DNA of 44,928 nt, the filler included, from Streblomastix strix (lineage: Eukaryota): the NCBI GenBank assembly GCA_008636045.1. It is 2 parts of 2 records of this genome, joined end to end, with 100 filler letters (N's around TTAATTAATTAA, not from the genome) between each part and the next. Parts side by side here need not be neighbours in the genome. Positions count along the whole stretch, not along the records: positions 1 to 22,416 come from SNRW01000323.1; positions 22,517 to 44,928 come from SNRW01000324.1. One strand, given 5' to 3'. Positions 13,200-24,391 of the stretch are shown piece by piece. The notes under the pieces are model-generated. The model searched no databases, was not told where the DNA came from, and saw only the letters and a program-made list of their open reading frames with translations. Both the position numbers and the translations under genes were made by a program. The first letter of the stretch is position 1, and each line of letters starts with the position of its first letter.

Positions 13200-14500
13200 T
13201 AAATTTGTTGAGCAAAAGTAAAAGCAGTAAAAGTAAAATTAAAAGTAAAAGTAAAAAATCTGGGTCATCAATTTCCAATATTGGTTCAAGTACTGAGGAA
13301 GAATATAAATACGAAGTAAACAGGGTTAGTAAATTACCATAATAAGCATAAGAAAAATTTGTTTATTCTGACAAAGGAATGAAATAAGTGAGAAAATTGC
13401 AATAAATATATATATGAAACATACTAATGATATTGAAATAACTCCAATAATGAAGATTAAAGCTTATAAATACTTAAAAGATTAATTTATAGCATTAGAT
13501 ACTAAATTAAATATAGATGATGAAGGCCTTAGAGCGTTCAAAAATTCAATTAATCCTTCAGATTAAAAAATAAGCTAATAGTCTATTATTTGGTCCTAAT
13601 TATTAAAAAATAATTAACAATAAACATTTAATGAAAAGAATAGTTGAAAATAATGATGCTCAATATCTATTGGAGGATTAATAGGAGCAAAGAGCACTAA
13701 TGTAAATAGAAGTTTACGATAATTTTAATAGATAAGTGAAAGAAAATAAAGGGATTGATGACCCAGCATATAGTGAAATATAAACGTCATAACCTGTACC
13801 ATAAGAACATCGTATTAACGATAGGTTATCAGGTCCGCAAAATTAAATGAACAGTATGGCTCCTCCACCTAATCCTGATAGTTAATTTAAATAAATTAGT
13901 GAAATAACTCCAAAAGAATATGTATGTTTATTAAAAAACAGACAGAGAATAATAATCTTTCAAATTTTCATCAGAAGAAGACGCATTATAATAACAAATA
14001 TATGATTAATAAGATAATATACAAGATTATTCATTATCAGCACTAGTACATTAAAATATACACAGATCCGCTAGTGAAAATGCTACTAATTAATTTTGAG
14101 ATCCAAATAGTAAAGAATTGAGATAATTAATATAAATATTATTAACAGCTTATTAAGTTAGCGATGAGTTGACTTAACAAAATACTTCATAATTTATATA
14201 AGATTAAATGTAATGAATTAGAACTTAGCATTAGATGAGTGAATAATTATAAGAGGCTAACGATGAAGTAATAAAAGGGCTAAAAGATGTAATATGATCA
14301 ACTATTTGGGGAAAATAACGAATAAACGCTTATTTCAATAGATAACAATTTCCTGATAGTATGTTCTAATGGTTCATAAACGAGGGAAAAACAGTTCTCC
14401 GACAAGCTAAAGTTAAATTACGTAAATAATAACTAATCAATATACCAGCTAAGAGAAAGAATTATATAAAGACTAGCGAGCAATAAAAATAAATAAAAGC
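13200..14500 (+). pseudogene. Hypothetical viral protein(s), with a Ser/Lys-rich N-terminal part and a Pro-rich segment
   Basis: KSKSSKSKIKSKSKKSGSSISNIGSSTEEEYKY... and DDPAYSEIQTSQPVPQEHRINDRLSGPQNQMNSMAPPPNPDS; frameshifted. Confidence 0.3.
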
Positions 14501-14559
14501 CCAAAAAAATATGCGAAAGAAATGATTTTAACTGTATATATTTTTCCAGAATAGTTATT

Positions 14560-14842
14560 ATATTATCTATATTATCTTATTCAAGGATATATTTATTAAT
14601 CAATTTGGGTATATCCATTTATTTGGCTGTTGTTTCTTTTCTAAATTATATCACTTTTTATCTCTCTCTCTATATATGAATTATTTTCGCTATTCCTTAG
14701 CTTTCTCTTTAGCTTCTTCGGTATTGAAATACTTCTTAGGTCTTGCTTTCACTTTATGCGTATCAATTTTTTCGTTTATCAGTTTATTGACCGTCTCATC
14801 AATGATTTCATTTGTTTACTTTAATTATATATTTTATTCCAT
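14560..14842 (-). pseudogene. Small basic protein with an AT-hook-like RPKKY motif and coiled coil (putative DNA-binding)
   Basis: EKIDTHKVKARPKKYFNTEEAKEKAKEQRKQFIYRERDKK. Confidence 0.45.
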
Positions 14843-14869
14843 GGTTTATATTAAAATTGAAAAAATCAT

Positions 14870-15960
14870 AAAAATTACTTTTTGTATTTATCTTCGAGTT
14901 AGTTGATATCAATAGCTATAAATTTAGCGTAATAGGATGGTATTTCTATTTGGTCAATATCTTTATATGGCTTCAATAATTTACACACACCATTTCCATG
15001 ATTATAGCGAATTAAGGTAGCCAACTAATTAAATTATTTACGTTACTTATCAAATTAGTGTTTTGTTTTAGCTAAGTCAAGATGAATCATTATAATATTA
15101 CCTACATTTAAATTTAGCAACCTCTCTTTTCGTTATAATCAAATTTTTACATTCAACTTCTTATTATTTTTATCGAATATAACTTGCTTCTAATTCACGT
15201 GAATTATTAACTTATTAGGGTGTATATTTATTATTAAAAGCAGCAAGTTTTAATTGATTATGCTCGTTTGCTACTTATTATATTATATGATTAGTAACCT
15301 GCTAATTAATTAGCCTATTTCTTACATTACCAATAATACTATCGACTACTCAATTTTAATTTGGCAAATGGAGACTTATTATAGAAATGTTATATTTTAT
15401 GGATTTTAGCAAGGTTTTTATTTAGTTTCTTACAAATGATGATTCACTATTTGATCAATTATTTGTTATGTACTTGGATTATATTAGCTACTCTAGAACT
15501 GGGATTAGTGATTATATCTCTTTTGTGTGAATAGGATAAATAATAAGAAACATTGTATTAACGTTGATAATAAATAGGAATAACAACAGTTTGAAGAAAG
15601 CTATTTCCATTTCCCTTAATCTTAATTGAGGTGAAAAATTTGGACGTTAATATTTCGTTAATGATTTGAGTTAATAGTCTTTGATGTTTTCATTAGGTTA
15701 GTATTATCGTTAATAATATTATACTCTTTTGAGTCTAAGAATCTCCGATTATTATTTTTTCACTATGCTTTTACTTCTATATATTTATATTATTAAATTA
15801 CTCTACGTATAATTTATAACATTAATCCAAAGATTTACCGTAAAATTAATCGACCTAATTAAAGTATTTATTAAATTAATAATTAATATAGTAAATGAAT
15901 TCTCTTAGCGATAACTTATTAATTTGTCTAAAATTCTTATCCGAAATAATCAATTCCATT
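14870..15960 (-). pseudogene. Retroviral-type (rve) integrase of Polinton, degenerate
   Basis: RPNFSP...FLFIINVNTMFLIIYPI...SESSF...KSPFA/QN*VVDSIIGNVRN...QQVANEHN..AAFNNKYTPQQV..GNIIMIHLD follows the rve core layout, including the YN..H....TP block. Catalytic acidic residues look eroded. Confidence 0.7.
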
Positions 15961-16419
15961 TATTTTGAAAAATAATGTCATATATCTCATATACTATCAA
16001 TAGTTTCCCTTATTATATTAACCACATCACCAGTCACATTATCATCAAATTATATGGTAAATTTATTATATCTGAATATTACTTCATAATAATTTAATAA
16101 ATTTTATTATATCTTATGAAACGAAGTTACTGCTACAGGCAAATTATCATACATTCTTATCGGTTAATATTTTAATTAATTTAATTATCTAACTATTATT
16201 TTATTTTTACATATTCTTCTCATCTCAAATGTGATTTTATTATCTGAAATATCATATATATAGCATAAATATATACGCTTATCTTTTTTTATACTTATAC
16301 CATTCGTGTTGATAATTGCTCGAAGTAATTCTCAAATTTTTCAGTTATTTATTCATTTAATTGATTTATATTTTATTAGTTAATGATTTCCATTCATATT
16401 TAGAAAAATATTAAAAAAT

Positions 16420-16467
16420 AAAAAAAATTTTAAAAATGTTTTTTTGAACCTGTGCTTTAAATTTGAC
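16420..16467 (-). promoter_or_regulatory. Dispersed intergenic motif, copy 3
   Basis: Minus strand reads gtcaaatttaaagcacaggttcaaaaaaacatttttaaaattttt. Confidence 0.3.
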
Positions 16468-16489
16468 TTTTGCTGAGGCTAGCTGAAAT

Positions 16490-16703
16490 TCAATATGTTG
16501 CGAACATTATTATATAATTAACGTAATTAACTCATGACATTTATCATCAATCAGATCACCTTCATCTTAAATGCTTGCATCATTAATTATTTTTTCACTA
16601 TCTTCACTTTTAATAGGTCCGACTAAAGCTTAGTATATATTTCAGTATTGTTTGCGTCAATTGAGCTTCCTAATTTTATAGCTATTTATAATATTTATTC
16701 CAT
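16490..16703 (-). pseudogene. Small hypothetical viral protein (weak homologue of 31428-31700)
   Basis: MEQILQIAIKLGSSIDAN versus MNQ(I)LQLATNIGLSYNAK. In both elements it lies near the 3' end of the fibre gene. Confidence 0.35.
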
Positions 16704-16719
16704 TAGTATAAAAATAAAA

Positions 16720-18510
16720 TCAAAGAACGTGCCCATTGAAAGTTTATGTGTTTCCATCAGCGGATATCATTAGCCCTAAAATATCATTAAGAAATTAATT
16801 ACCAACACCAATTCCTAAATCGCCAGTAGGTGTATTTACTATACTCTACTAATCGGTTATTGATCCATTAGTTTAATTTGGATTATACCCTAAACAAATT
16901 CCGCTATAAATTGAATCAATAGAACGTGAAAATCTTATTGCTTCATTAAAATTATTACTATTTGGATTAATTTAAACAGCACTTCAAAAAAAACTCCTAC
17001 AAATGTTTTTTTACCTATAATTATTTAATCAGTTCCAACATTCATTAATTAATTACCATTAAATTTTAATTATAATCAATCCATATTAATACATAAACCA
17101 AAACTATAATCAGCATATCTTAGAGACGATGTATTTATTATCAATGCCCTATCACTTGTTTAATTTATTTCCCATTAACCTGTTTATGTAGTATTTATCG
17201 CCGTATTTATAGATGCTAAATATATTGCTGATGATTCGGTTTTATAATTTCCGATTCTAATACAATTATTAAATGTAGTATATGTTCTACCTGTTGGATT
17301 AACTTATTGCATATTAATTATTATTTCACTATCTCCTAAATTATACGAAAATTTGTATTAATATTCCATTTATTACCCCAGAAACCACATTTTATGTAAA
17401 TATTTCAGTGATTCTATTAGTAAAATAAATACTTTAATCAGATCCAACTATTGTAATAGACCCAACTGATTCAAATCTAACATATACTTAAAATATAGCT
17501 GTTGTTTCAGAGCCAGTATGATTATGAAATAACTAATTTTTCCAATTATCAATCTCATAGTATGAACTAACTTTAGTTGGAGCAGTAAATATTCCATGTA
17601 CAGTAGTGATTCCATTAACGGTATAATTAGGCTATAATCAAATGGTTTGAACTGCATTATTCATTGAATATACTTTAAATTCAATGAATGGATTACCAAC
17701 ACTAGCATCTGCAGGAAAACACATAAACGAATATATCCATCAGCAACATTAAAATAAGTTCTTGATAACTTATTATTTAAATAGTTATATCATCATTAGC
17801 TCACAATACTTCAGTTGCTAATCCACCTGTCTTAATAAATTTAGTTACTGTTATATCACCATCATACGTTAATTTATAAAATATGAATATGATCTCCTCT
17901 ACTATACGAAGTACTAATTCCTACATTAGTAGTACCATTACCTATAGTCAATTCATCACTTGCAGGTATTATTTGATCATGTACTAATTACCCACTATCA
18001 TACCAATTATTTCCATATATCCAAACTATACCGCTCTCCGCGATAAAGGCAAAATCACCTGTTGCACTAGTGTTAAAATTAATTATATCACAATTCAATA
18101 AATAATAACCCCTGAAATGAGTTTGTCGAGCTAATTCTTTCTAAATTAAAGTAATTGATTAATTTATATTATTTATATCCTATGATGTTTAGCCCTATTC
18201 TTATTATAGTTAGTTTACCTAATTATTCAATTGGTTAATTTAAGTAATAAAATCGAAGTTAATTACATTGAGATCATGAACAATTAATTAACCATCAGCC
18301 TTTACTTTTAAAGCGAAAGTACTTGCCTATCCTTAATTTATATATTACTTGTCCGCGTAAACAAATTTTGAATCATTATCAATGAAATGTTGATATGAGT
18401 CATTTTATAAAGCAGATAATGAACTATTTTTACTCTTCACATATTATAAATAATACTATTTCTAAGTTGAAATTAATTGATAAATGATAGATATCTATTA
18501 ATTAGAAAGC
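16720..18510 (-). pseudogene. Fibre/receptor-binding-like protein with phage tail-fibre-type motifs
   Basis: QTHFRGYYLLN...GDFAFIAESGIVWIY...GISTSYSRGDHIH..LTYDGDITVTKFIKTGG...GLMISADGNTQTFNGHVL*. Colinear with 32110-34059; contains stops and frameshifts. Confidence 0.7.
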
Positions 18511-18545
18511 CCTATCATTTATAATCAAAAATAAATTATCCTAAT

Positions 18546-18582
18546 CTGAAAAAAGTAATTTACACCTCTGCTTTAAATTTGG
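18546..18582 (-). promoter_or_regulatory. Dispersed intergenic motif, copy 4
   Basis: Plus strand acctctgctttaaatttg matches acctgtgctttaaatttg at 16448 (17/18 identical). Confidence 0.3.
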
Positions 18583-18653
18583 ATTTACCACAAGTTTGAG
18601 ATTATAGATCATTATTCTGTTTGTGATTATAGATAGATATTTTTTCCCATAGA

Positions 18654-19076
18654 TAGGTATTGGCGAAACCTGCACTAATTGAAGATATAATAACTGCCAC
18701 AATAATGCGAGTCGATGGAGTCAATGAGTATAAATATTCATATTTGGCCAAATTAAGTGGTAAATTGCTCGTGTAAATTAAAAAAGTTCATTGTAAAGGT
18801 TAGCGGTAAAAAGGAATTTGTATGATTAATTTGGTAATTTAGTAATTATATATAATGTATGAAAATCTAAACAAAAGATAAAAATATATATAGTATATTT
18901 CATAATAGCTTTAAATTGAAAGAAACCGTTGGTAAAACAGTGAAAAATATAATTTTTAAGAGCAATTTAGTTCATTATTTGGCCAAATATGAATATTTAT
19001 ATCCATTGACTCTACCGACTCGCATTACTGTGGCAGTTATTATATCTTCAATTAGTACAAGTTTCGCCAATATCTA
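18654..19076. mobile_element. MITE-like foldback element with ~117-bp inverted repeats
   Basis: The arm at 18654-18770 (taggtattggcgaaacctgcactaattgaagatataataactgccac...aaattgctc) is the reverse complement of 18960-19076 with scattered mismatches. 189-bp AT-rich spacer; TA at both outer ends; no ORF. Confidence 0.85.
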
Positions 19077-19996
19077 ACTATTTATAACTTACCTCTATAG
19101 ATGTAATTTTTTGACTAAAATTTAGCGAACTTGAAGAAAGTATTAGATTCTTCAGAAGAAACTTACAGAAATTTTCAAGGAAATGCAAAAGGGCAAGAAG
19201 GATTAAAGGCAATATATGAAATAAGTAATGAAGAAGATGAGATTAAATCGTTACGACATTCAGTGACTATGATCCAATTACAAATGGCGTTTTCTTGAAA
19301 TATGAAAGAAAGATTTCTTCTTTCAATTTGCAAAACTTCAAACAGGTCTATCAATCAATGAACTTATTTTTAAAGTCATCCATTAATAAAGAATTGATCT
19401 TTCTGAATCAATTTTCAGAATTTAATTTATGAAAAGTAGATTAGAATTATTAGAGAAAGACATTATAACTTTTAAAAGGTTCATATTTGAATGGTGCAAT
19501 TTTAAATAATCGTGAGTGGTAGATGAAAAGTATTTTTTTTATTTTTTGTTATTTTAACAGAATAATATATTAATTCTCTATTTACAATTCAAAATAAAAG
19601 ATTTCCATAAAAACATATTAAATTCATTTTCATGATTTAAAATTCAGTTAAAGAATGAGAAGAACAAGAATTAAGAATAAATAGTGGAAATAATAAAAAC
19701 CAATATTTGCGTAATTTTTCAATTAAGTATTAAAATTCAATCTTAGCAACTTTGAAAATAATCAAAAATCAAAATAATCAAAAAATAGAATTATCATAAA
19801 TTATAAGTAATACTTAATTAAGAATAAACTAATTATAAAATCTAAGAAAAAATTGAAAAATTCAAAAGATTTTCAATAATTTTAATTATAATAAGAATGT
19901 ATTGAAGCTAGAAATCTTATTTAAAAAGTGGAAGGATAATTTATGCATTCAATACGTTAAATTATATTTACATTCTAAGAATCTAGTTAATTACTG

Positions 19997-20197
19997 ATGC
20001 AAAGAAAGTTAGCTCAAATTCTAATTTCAACAGATTTTTCAAATGCACCTGTAGAACAACCTTTCAGTGAGACAATTAGAGTAAAATCATCAAAAAGGAA
20101 TAGACTTGGAGAAACGACTCAAAATTATATCCCTTCAGTAATTTTTAATTCTCTTGACGATATATCAGATGAAGATTCGAGAATTATTGGATTGTAG
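19997..20197 (+). pseudogene. hAT transposase C-terminal dimerisation-domain relic
   Basis: LAQILISTDFSNAPVEQPFSETIRVKSSKRNRLGETT matches the hAT LA..LL..P.S.A.VER.FS......K...RNRL pattern. Upstream coding-like debris (19120-19520, FEWCNFK) may belong to the same transposase. Confidence 0.7.
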
Positions 20198-20448
20198 GGG
20201 TAAAACTAACCTCATAATTTTTGGTAATCTAAAATATAAATTTTTAATGGATATATGGATTAATTTGAAGATGATTAAAATGAATGATGAGAAAATTAAG
20301 ATAATCAAATCAAAATAATTTACAGTTTTGTTAAACTAATATCTTTTTTAATAATTTTTATCTATCTTAATAAATAATAGTAGTTGAAGTAAATATACTT
20401 TGCTAAGAGTCGATTTTCTTTTTATTCCAATTTATCATACATCTTCGC

Positions 20449-22370
20449 ATGGGTAATATTTCATCAAAAAATTTAATATTTTTTAACATTATTATATATA
20501 GTATGATTTTTCTATCCAATTTATACTTTCATTCAATTAAATGTGGATTATTCAGTACTTATTATAAAATTATCTCTTTCACACTTACATTTATCTTTTT
20601 ATCATTATAATTAATTTTATTATCGGAAATTTAACATTTTACATCTATTAATCTAATTATTTAACATTTGTTATAAATACATTACTTCATTTTATTATTT
20701 ATTATTTTTTTTTGTATCTTTTTGTTATTTTAGAACCTAGCTAAGAAGAATACATTGACAAATGTATGACTCAATTATCAAGATTTTCTCAATATTTTTT
20801 TTATTAGACCATGTCATCAAACGCATTGCCAAAGGAGGATATGGCTAAGCTTATCTTGTTGAAGAAAGAGGAACGAAGAACATAAACGTGATGAAAAGTA
20901 TAAAATTTAGGAACGAATCTTAAAAACAGTAGATAATACATGAGATTGAAATACATAGGGATCTTTACTCACCATTCATAGTAGATTTCGTTGAAGGGTT
21001 TGAGTATTAAAATGATACATGGTATATAATCATGGAGTTTTGTGAAGGTGGAGACCTGGATGATTTTCTTGAAGATCTGAAGAAAATGGGAGCTGAAATT
21101 GATGAAGATGTTTGATATGAATATTTTACCAATTTTACTTAATACATAATAATATTTTCTTTTTATTTTAATTTTAATAATTATTTATTTAATTGTTTAT
21201 TTAATAATAATTTTTCTTAGAGAGCATGGGACTTATTATCGTAGATGATAATGGCTGTTGATTATCTGCATCAGAACAGAATTTTGCACAGGTTTGAATA
21301 TAAAGTAACATTCAAGCTAATTTAATTCATTATTTTCATCTTTTTTTACTAACAGAGATCTTAAGCCAAAAAATGTATTTCTCTCAAGTACATTTGATGT
21401 CCGTCTCGGAGATTTTGGAATTTCGCGTATTTTGGCAGACGATGAAAAATATGCTCGTACATAGATTGGGTCTAAAGCCTACATGTGCCCAGAGCTCATC
21501 GCTTAAAGTAAATTTAATGAATAAGTTTGCATTACATTTGTTTTATCATCTACTTAGAAAAATTATTTTATTATCTAATGATTATAAGTAATACATATAT
21601 CATTAATTTATACTTTGATTGACCATAATATTTAAAGGGCGACGTCTGGGGAATAGGAATAACCATGTATGAACTGTTGACTGGTGTTCTTTTCACTATT
21701 GTCGGTGCTAATTCAGAATAATAAGTCCTTCAGAACGTAGTTAATAACTAAGAGCCGGAGATCACTAGCTATTATTCAGAAGGACTTCGTAATGTGGTTC
21801 ACAAGATGCTGATTAAGGTTTGAAATTAATAAACGAGTTATTATTGAAATTATGTTAACAAATTTTACTTAATAATAAAAATTCGACATTTTTTTTATTT
21901 GATGATTTTATTCAATTTAATTTAGGACTTCCACAAAAGAATTACTATTCTTCTACTGAAGTAAGAACCAGAGGCAAAATAATATTTATTATATAAATTA
22001 GAAAATAAACAATATTCAGAAAACCATGAAATATTCTTAAATTGAATTCATTTGTTATTATTTTTATATTTTTCTATTTAAAATATATTATATTATATCC
22101 TTACAGATCAATAAAAGAATGGTTTTTTACGCAAACGAGTTAATTAAGAGAGGAATTGATTATTATGATGAAAAAGCAAAGTAATATAAATATTTTTATT
22201 TTGGAATATTAATTTTATAATTTAGTTTTGAGTTTTAATTTCATAATTTTTTCATTGTTATTTTTTCTTAATTAATTTATATTATTATTATATTTAGGAA
22301 GTATGTCATGTCAATTGCGAATATGAATAAAGAAACTTCATCTGTTCCACTTCCACGTCCAAAATAAGTT
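20449..22370 (+). CDS. Spliced Ser/Thr protein kinase, NEK-like; 3' end may run into the gap
   Basis: Exons give YHVIKRIAKGGYGQAYLV..VMKSI..IIMEFCEGGDL | RAWDLLSQMIMAVDYLHQNRILHR | DLKPKNVFL..RLGDFGISRIL..TQIGSKAYMCPE | GDVWGIGITMYELLTG..GLRNVVHKMLIK, with GT-AG introns (e.g. 20764-20807, 21292-21355). TAA/TAG fall at Gln positions. The start (ATG G|gt at 20449) is tentative. Confidence 0.92.
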
Positions 22371-22416
22371 TTCATTATAATTATTACATTAAATTTTTTT
22401 ATTTTATAAATAAAAT

Positions 22417-22516
22417 NNNNNNNNNNNNNNNNNNNNNNNNNNNNNNNNNNNNNNNNNNNNTTAATTAATTAANNNNNNNNNNNNNNNNNNNNNNNNNNNN
22501 NNNNNNNNNNNNNNNN
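22417..22516. other. Artificial contig-join linker N44-TTAATTAATTAA-N44
   Basis: Exactly 100 nt and symmetric; the central 12-mer gives TAA in all six frames, typical of a concatenation spacer. Confidence 0.95.
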
Positions 22517-23970
22517 ATTGTCTTATAAATTATTAGCTCTGATTCAGATGAGGACTTCGTTTCGTGAAAGACAACAATACCTAGCGGCTATAATTCCTTT
22601 TAAGTGAATTGCATAAATAATATACCGATAAATTTAACCTATTATTTGAACAGTGATTATATAGAAATTCAACACAATAACATTTCAACTCCCAATAGAA
22701 AAATTTATTATAAAACTGAATACGGAAATAATACCTTTTCACTTACAGCTCTAACAGAGCTTCCAGCTATCTGAGTGAATTAAAATACGTCTATCAATAA
22801 TTCATATGTTGATGATTAAGATAATTAAGGATATGACTATGTTCCGTAATTGCTTGCTCTTTAAAGCACATAATTTAATAATTTAACAGATGGATAAGAA
22901 AAATATTTCAAGCAATAAAGAACAACAAATCGAGGCGCATTCTGCTTCAATAATCCCCAGAATGCACGCACATAAAAATTTTCAAATAATTAATTTTCAT
23001 TAAATACAAATTACGGGTAGGATATAGTAAGTTCTGCAGTGAATTATATAAATTTAAGAATTAACGCGATTCTTTATCATTATTGGATAAAGGATTACAG
23101 TACTGGCACCGCTTATAGAGCTATTAGTTTGATTCGTTTATATTGTCCAACTACAAATAATTTTATAACTTCGGTTGAGCCTCTAGCACCTAACGTTTTA
23201 TCAGTTCGTTATTTATTTGGTAAGTTAATAAATATTAGTTCAAAGGGCGCCATAACAAAATCAGATGATTAACCTATAGACGTTTAGTAATAGACAACGC
23301 AATAAATAATCAATAATATAAATACGTTTCCCATAAGAATAATATGCTCTCTTCCTGCGATCACCACTCAAGAATAGACGGATATTTATGCCGCTGTTGG
23401 AAGGGCTGGCTTCTATGGGTAATTCATCGCTTACGTTGTTAGCGAATGATCATCAGTTGAGCGTAGTAATTTGTTCGCTAAAAAAATAATATTATCACCA
23501 AATTTATATGTTTAACTCGTTGGCGCCTTAGATTTATATCATGGAATAAATGAAAATAAAGCCAATTAATTAGTTAATTTTGCATCGTCAATAAAACAGA
23601 TTGATTTGGAGACATGGTTTTATAAGACCAAATTTTAAGCTGATAGTTTGATTCCTGATATACCAATATTTTGCCCATTTATTGGTAATTTTATTGAATA
23701 TCCCCAGATATTAATAATATGCGTAAATAATTAATTGAAAGGAATAACGATGGAGACGGTCGGAGGTAATGGTTTTAATAATGTATGCTTCTAATAGAAC
23801 TTGGTAGATGCTCCTGTTTTATGGGGTTAGAACATGATGTCTTAAGAATATTTAATAGGATATAATAAATCAGTAGTATTTACATTATACAATAACTTTG
23901 GCCGAAAGATACCTACATAATATTGTGATATGTATAATGACTGACTATGAGAAATTTAATATTAACAAAT
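22517..23970 (+). pseudogene. Candidate minor capsid (penton) protein, 5'-truncated
   Basis: C-terminus LVDAPVLWGQNMMSQEYLIGYNKSVVFTLYNNFGRKIPTQYCDMYND*L*EIQY; homologous to 11480-12891. Confidence 0.5.
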
Positions 23971-24391
23971 TCGTTTATTTTAACTATTTTTTTATCATAA
24001 ATGGACAAATTAAATAAAAAAATTGATTATTATCAATAAATAGCAATAGATTAAGCATTTTGTATCAAAAAAATTTACGCCTTTTAAGATTAAATAATTC
24101 ACCCCCAATAACATTCAAAATAAACAAGGAGCGGATGGTTTAATAATTATACGGTAGATATTCCCATCAATGAAATTATCGATGAAGCATAAAATTAGAT
24201 AAAAATATATAAATAAAGGTTATATTAAAATAAAGAAATCATCGATGTTTTATATTAATCATATCCAAAATTGAAAAATAAATTTGATATAATAAACAAA
24301 GAATTTGAAATAAATGAATGACTAAATTTATATTTATTTTATCCTAACCAAATTTATTTATTATTTATTATTTTTTTAATTTATAATAAAT

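Larger units (their letters stand above)
3051..18560. mobile_element. Endogenous Polinton/Maverick-like virus, element A (decayed, possibly two pieces)
   Basis: Dense intron-less gene cluster with pPolB fragment, rve integrase, HNH nucleases, capsid-like and fibre-like genes. Several genes are homologous to those of element B. No terminal inverted repeats found. Confidence 0.85.

Noticed and set aside
13214..13260. aaaagt hexamer repeats
   Set aside because: Simple low-complexity Ser/Lys coding tract.
22461..22472. TTAATTAATTAA palindrome as a biological site
   Set aside because: It is centred in N runs and is an assembly/concatenation spacer.
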